From the NCBI GenBank assembly GCA_013239625.1, contig MU053314.1:19310-83309 (forward strand): 64,000 bases of DNA. Reading direction: 5' to 3'. The stretch is from Lama guanicoe (lineage: Eukaryota). Below the pieces are notes generated by a model that saw only the letters and a list, made by a program, of their open reading frames with translations, was not told where the DNA came from and made no database searches. The position numbers and the translations under genes are program-made. This document shows positions 61,218-64,000 of this stretch, piece after piece; positions within the stretch are counted from its first letter, which is position 1, and each line of letters opens with the position of its first letter.

Positions 61218-64000
61218 GTAAGTGCCATGCCCCACCCGCTTCCAGGCCAACTCCTGGGAGCAGGTGGTGCCACCCTCTCAGCCTCAGATCGCAAAGATGT
61301 CCATGGCACCATGTGTCAGAAACAGCTCCTGTGCCCCTAGCCTGTTTTAGGGAACGTGGGAAAGTAGTGCACCCAAGTGTCTGCATGTGATGCATGGTCC
61401 ACACTCAGAGATGCCACAGCCCTTTCTCAGAAGCCGTCCCGCTTCATAAAGTGACCGTTATGGCCTTGCACACCCCCAGCCGTCCAACTAGGCTAAAAAG
61501 GAGGATCTTTTCCTGCAGTTTCCCTCAGGTCCTCACCTCAACCACCGCGACCTCTCCACCAGCTTTCCTTCTCCCACACACAGTTCAAAGAATCAGGGTG
61601 AAAACAGTTCCTGGCAATAAAACAATCCTGAGTGCTTTAAAGTCCTTTAAACAATCCTGAGTTCACACCCCAATTTCAAATCATCCAAGATTTCTCTTTT
61701 GACATGCGCTTAAACCACAGATTCAGAACAAAGACTCTCTAGGCCAAAACGACTGGAAACAGCAATCAATTTGTCAACCGAGCATTAGGACAAAACACTG
61801 TCAGAAAACGTTCTCTACAGCGTTGGTCTCACTGACACTTACACTATCTCTAAACCTCTGAGCAACCACAACACCCGAAATAAACGCAGCCCTCTGCTCC
61901 AGAGTGAACTGCTAACCACAGGCCCCACTGCTGGAGAGACGAGCTGACCTCAGCCAGAGCAGGAAGCCGGGGCGCTTTTTCCTCCACGTAACGTAACACT
62001 GCTATGTCTTCTCACATTCCTAAGGCACCAGCGCTGGTTTTCTTTCGAAAGAGAATGTAAAACTATCAATGTAGCAACACTAGCTGTCTAATTCTGTTTA
62101 ACTGTGCATACTGCTCTGAGAGGTCATTTTCAGTACTCTTTTTAACCCAAAGGATTACATACACCTGGGCTTTTTATAAATTAGGTTAACTCAGGTTAAA
62201 GCTTTACTTTATCAGTCTCCATAAAATTACCCTAAAACAGACGAAGACAATTTCGACACTAGGGAATGTGACATCCAGGACACAATGGACCCTCCAGGGA
62301 AGCGGCCTTCATCACACGCTAGGGTCTGGGAGGTGGTCATTCCCCCCTTGCGGGTGACCCGGGCCTGGGAGAAGCCTGGGGTGGTCGGTGGTACCAAGTA
62401 GGGGTCCCTGTCCTCTGAAACATCCCTCCTCCCCAACTCAGTCCACGTGGTGCCCAGATTGACGCAGAAAATCCCACCCCAGGATGCAGCCCCAGTCCCT
62501 GCCCTTCGGGTATCCTGATCCCCGCACAGAACCCAGATGAGTCCAAATCCGAAGGCCCATGTCCCCACTTTAATCCCCGAGTGTTAATCTGGATTCCCCT
62601 CACAGACACCCGCCTGTGCACGAGTGAAACCCACATGCCCTGTGTGCCCCCAGTCCCCGGTCCATCTCCACTGTGCACCTCCAGCCCCGCACCACTTCCC
62701 GCCCCATCCGCCGCCTCCCAGGGGGAGGGGTGCCTGGTAGTTCTGCCAACTCACCGCTGACACCCAGAGTCTGCACAGTGCTCTGCGGTCTTCAGGGCCG
62801 GACCTGCACACACAGGCCACCCCGATGCACGCCCCCTGCACCATGGCCCCCGATGCTCACCTGCTACTCCGCATCCTCTCCCGCTGCCCCCTCTTCTCCC
62901 GCTGCCCACTCCTCTCCTGACTCCCTGTGGACCCATCACCCCCCTCACCGCCACCCTGGGCAGGTCCACTCAGGGGCACCCGCCCCGTAACCATGCTGAC
63001 CTCCCTCCCTGCCAGGTGTGTGGGTTTATCTTACCTCCTGCTCCTAGACCAGCACCTCCTGGAAGATCAGGACCAGGTTACCCGCTGCAGTCTGTCCAGA
63101 GTCCAGCCATGGTCTCACACAGAGAGGCACTGCATTTATAGAATTCTACTCTGCCTTAAAAAAAAAAAAGGAAAAAAATCCCTTTATTATCCACTTCATA
63201 GTTAAAATGAATATTCACAAATAGCCCAAATTTCCCTTTTCCCTCACTCCCTGCCCAGGCCACTCCCAGGTCATCCTGCCTGACTCCTGAGGGCTCCTTG
63301 ACCGCCCCACTGCTCATGTTCAGTTATTCCTTCCACCTGGACAAGGTGTAGCTTCTGCTGCCCTTCCCTGTGTGTGGGAGCCTGCAGATTCCCTGCAGGT
63401 TGGTCACTGAGATCTTTCTCTCTTATGAACACGAACAGTCAAGATGAGACGGCATTATTTTCTATACTGCTGAGTAAGGGACAATTCCCAGCATGCGCCA
63501 CAAATACATTATTTGATAGTTTACGTGAGTGAAGAGTTGCTGAATCCCACCAGCAGCCTCCCTGAACTGAAGCTGGACTTGTCCCTAGACTCAGGGGAAA
63601 GCCCTCGGACCACCTGGGACTGACACACTGACCAGGGGAAGGAACGAGGTGGTGCAGACCTCCCAGCCCAGCAGGATGGGCTGCGGAGGGACTGTCGTAC
63701 CCCTGCGCTGGGGATCAGGTTGACTCCTGGTCAGTGCTGGTGGGGCGCAGACTCACACTGAAGCAACCCGTCTTCTCAGCTCCCATCTGGGCAGGCACGA
63801 CCAGCTCAGAGCCACCCCAGCAGCTGCTGCTCATCAAGCCCTGGGTGCTGGCTACGTGATGGAGTGTCGAGGCCCACGCGCCCCAAATCCCACAGCCCGA
63901 GGCCATCTGACCCTGAATCACGTCTTCCCAGCATCCCCTCAGCATGGGCCACTGTACAGTGAGCAGCCCCAGGCTGACCCGGGCAGTGCCCGCTCTGCTG

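Noticed and set aside
60947..61390. 147-aa + strand ORF over ANXA10 exon 3
   Set aside because: Wrong frame; the real exon is read in the phase set by exon 2.

Overview
Mammalian genomic DNA, most likely camelid: it carries tRNA-Ala-derived SINEs of the Vic-1 type and young L1 3' UTRs. No prokaryotic features are present, and the supplied ORF track is almost entirely spurious or L1-derived. (1) The + strand carries the 5' end of ANXA10 (annexin A10): TATA box at 34580 and coding exons 1-3 at 34776-34793, 54657-54738 and 61123-61217, which splice in frame. Exons 2-3 are very GC3-rich. (2) Upstream on the - strand, head-to-head with ANXA10, a chain of about 12 AG/GT-bounded exons (about 1.8-20.6 kb) that the ORF track does not assemble splices largely in compatible phases. 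Its conceptual product resembles, from memory, the DUF4211 C-terminal region of CCDC82. It has stops and frameshifts, so it is probably a decayed, intron-containing CCDC82-like paralogue. This is the best novelty candidate and needs a homology search. (3) Near-identical tandem or shuffled duplications of 0.19-3 kb, some next to N gaps, look like two haplotypes assembled side by side rather than real CNVs. The remainder is ordinary interspersed repeats (L1, L2, MIR, MER5A, MLT1, LTRs). Repeat names and human protein comparisons are from recognition and memory, not from searches.
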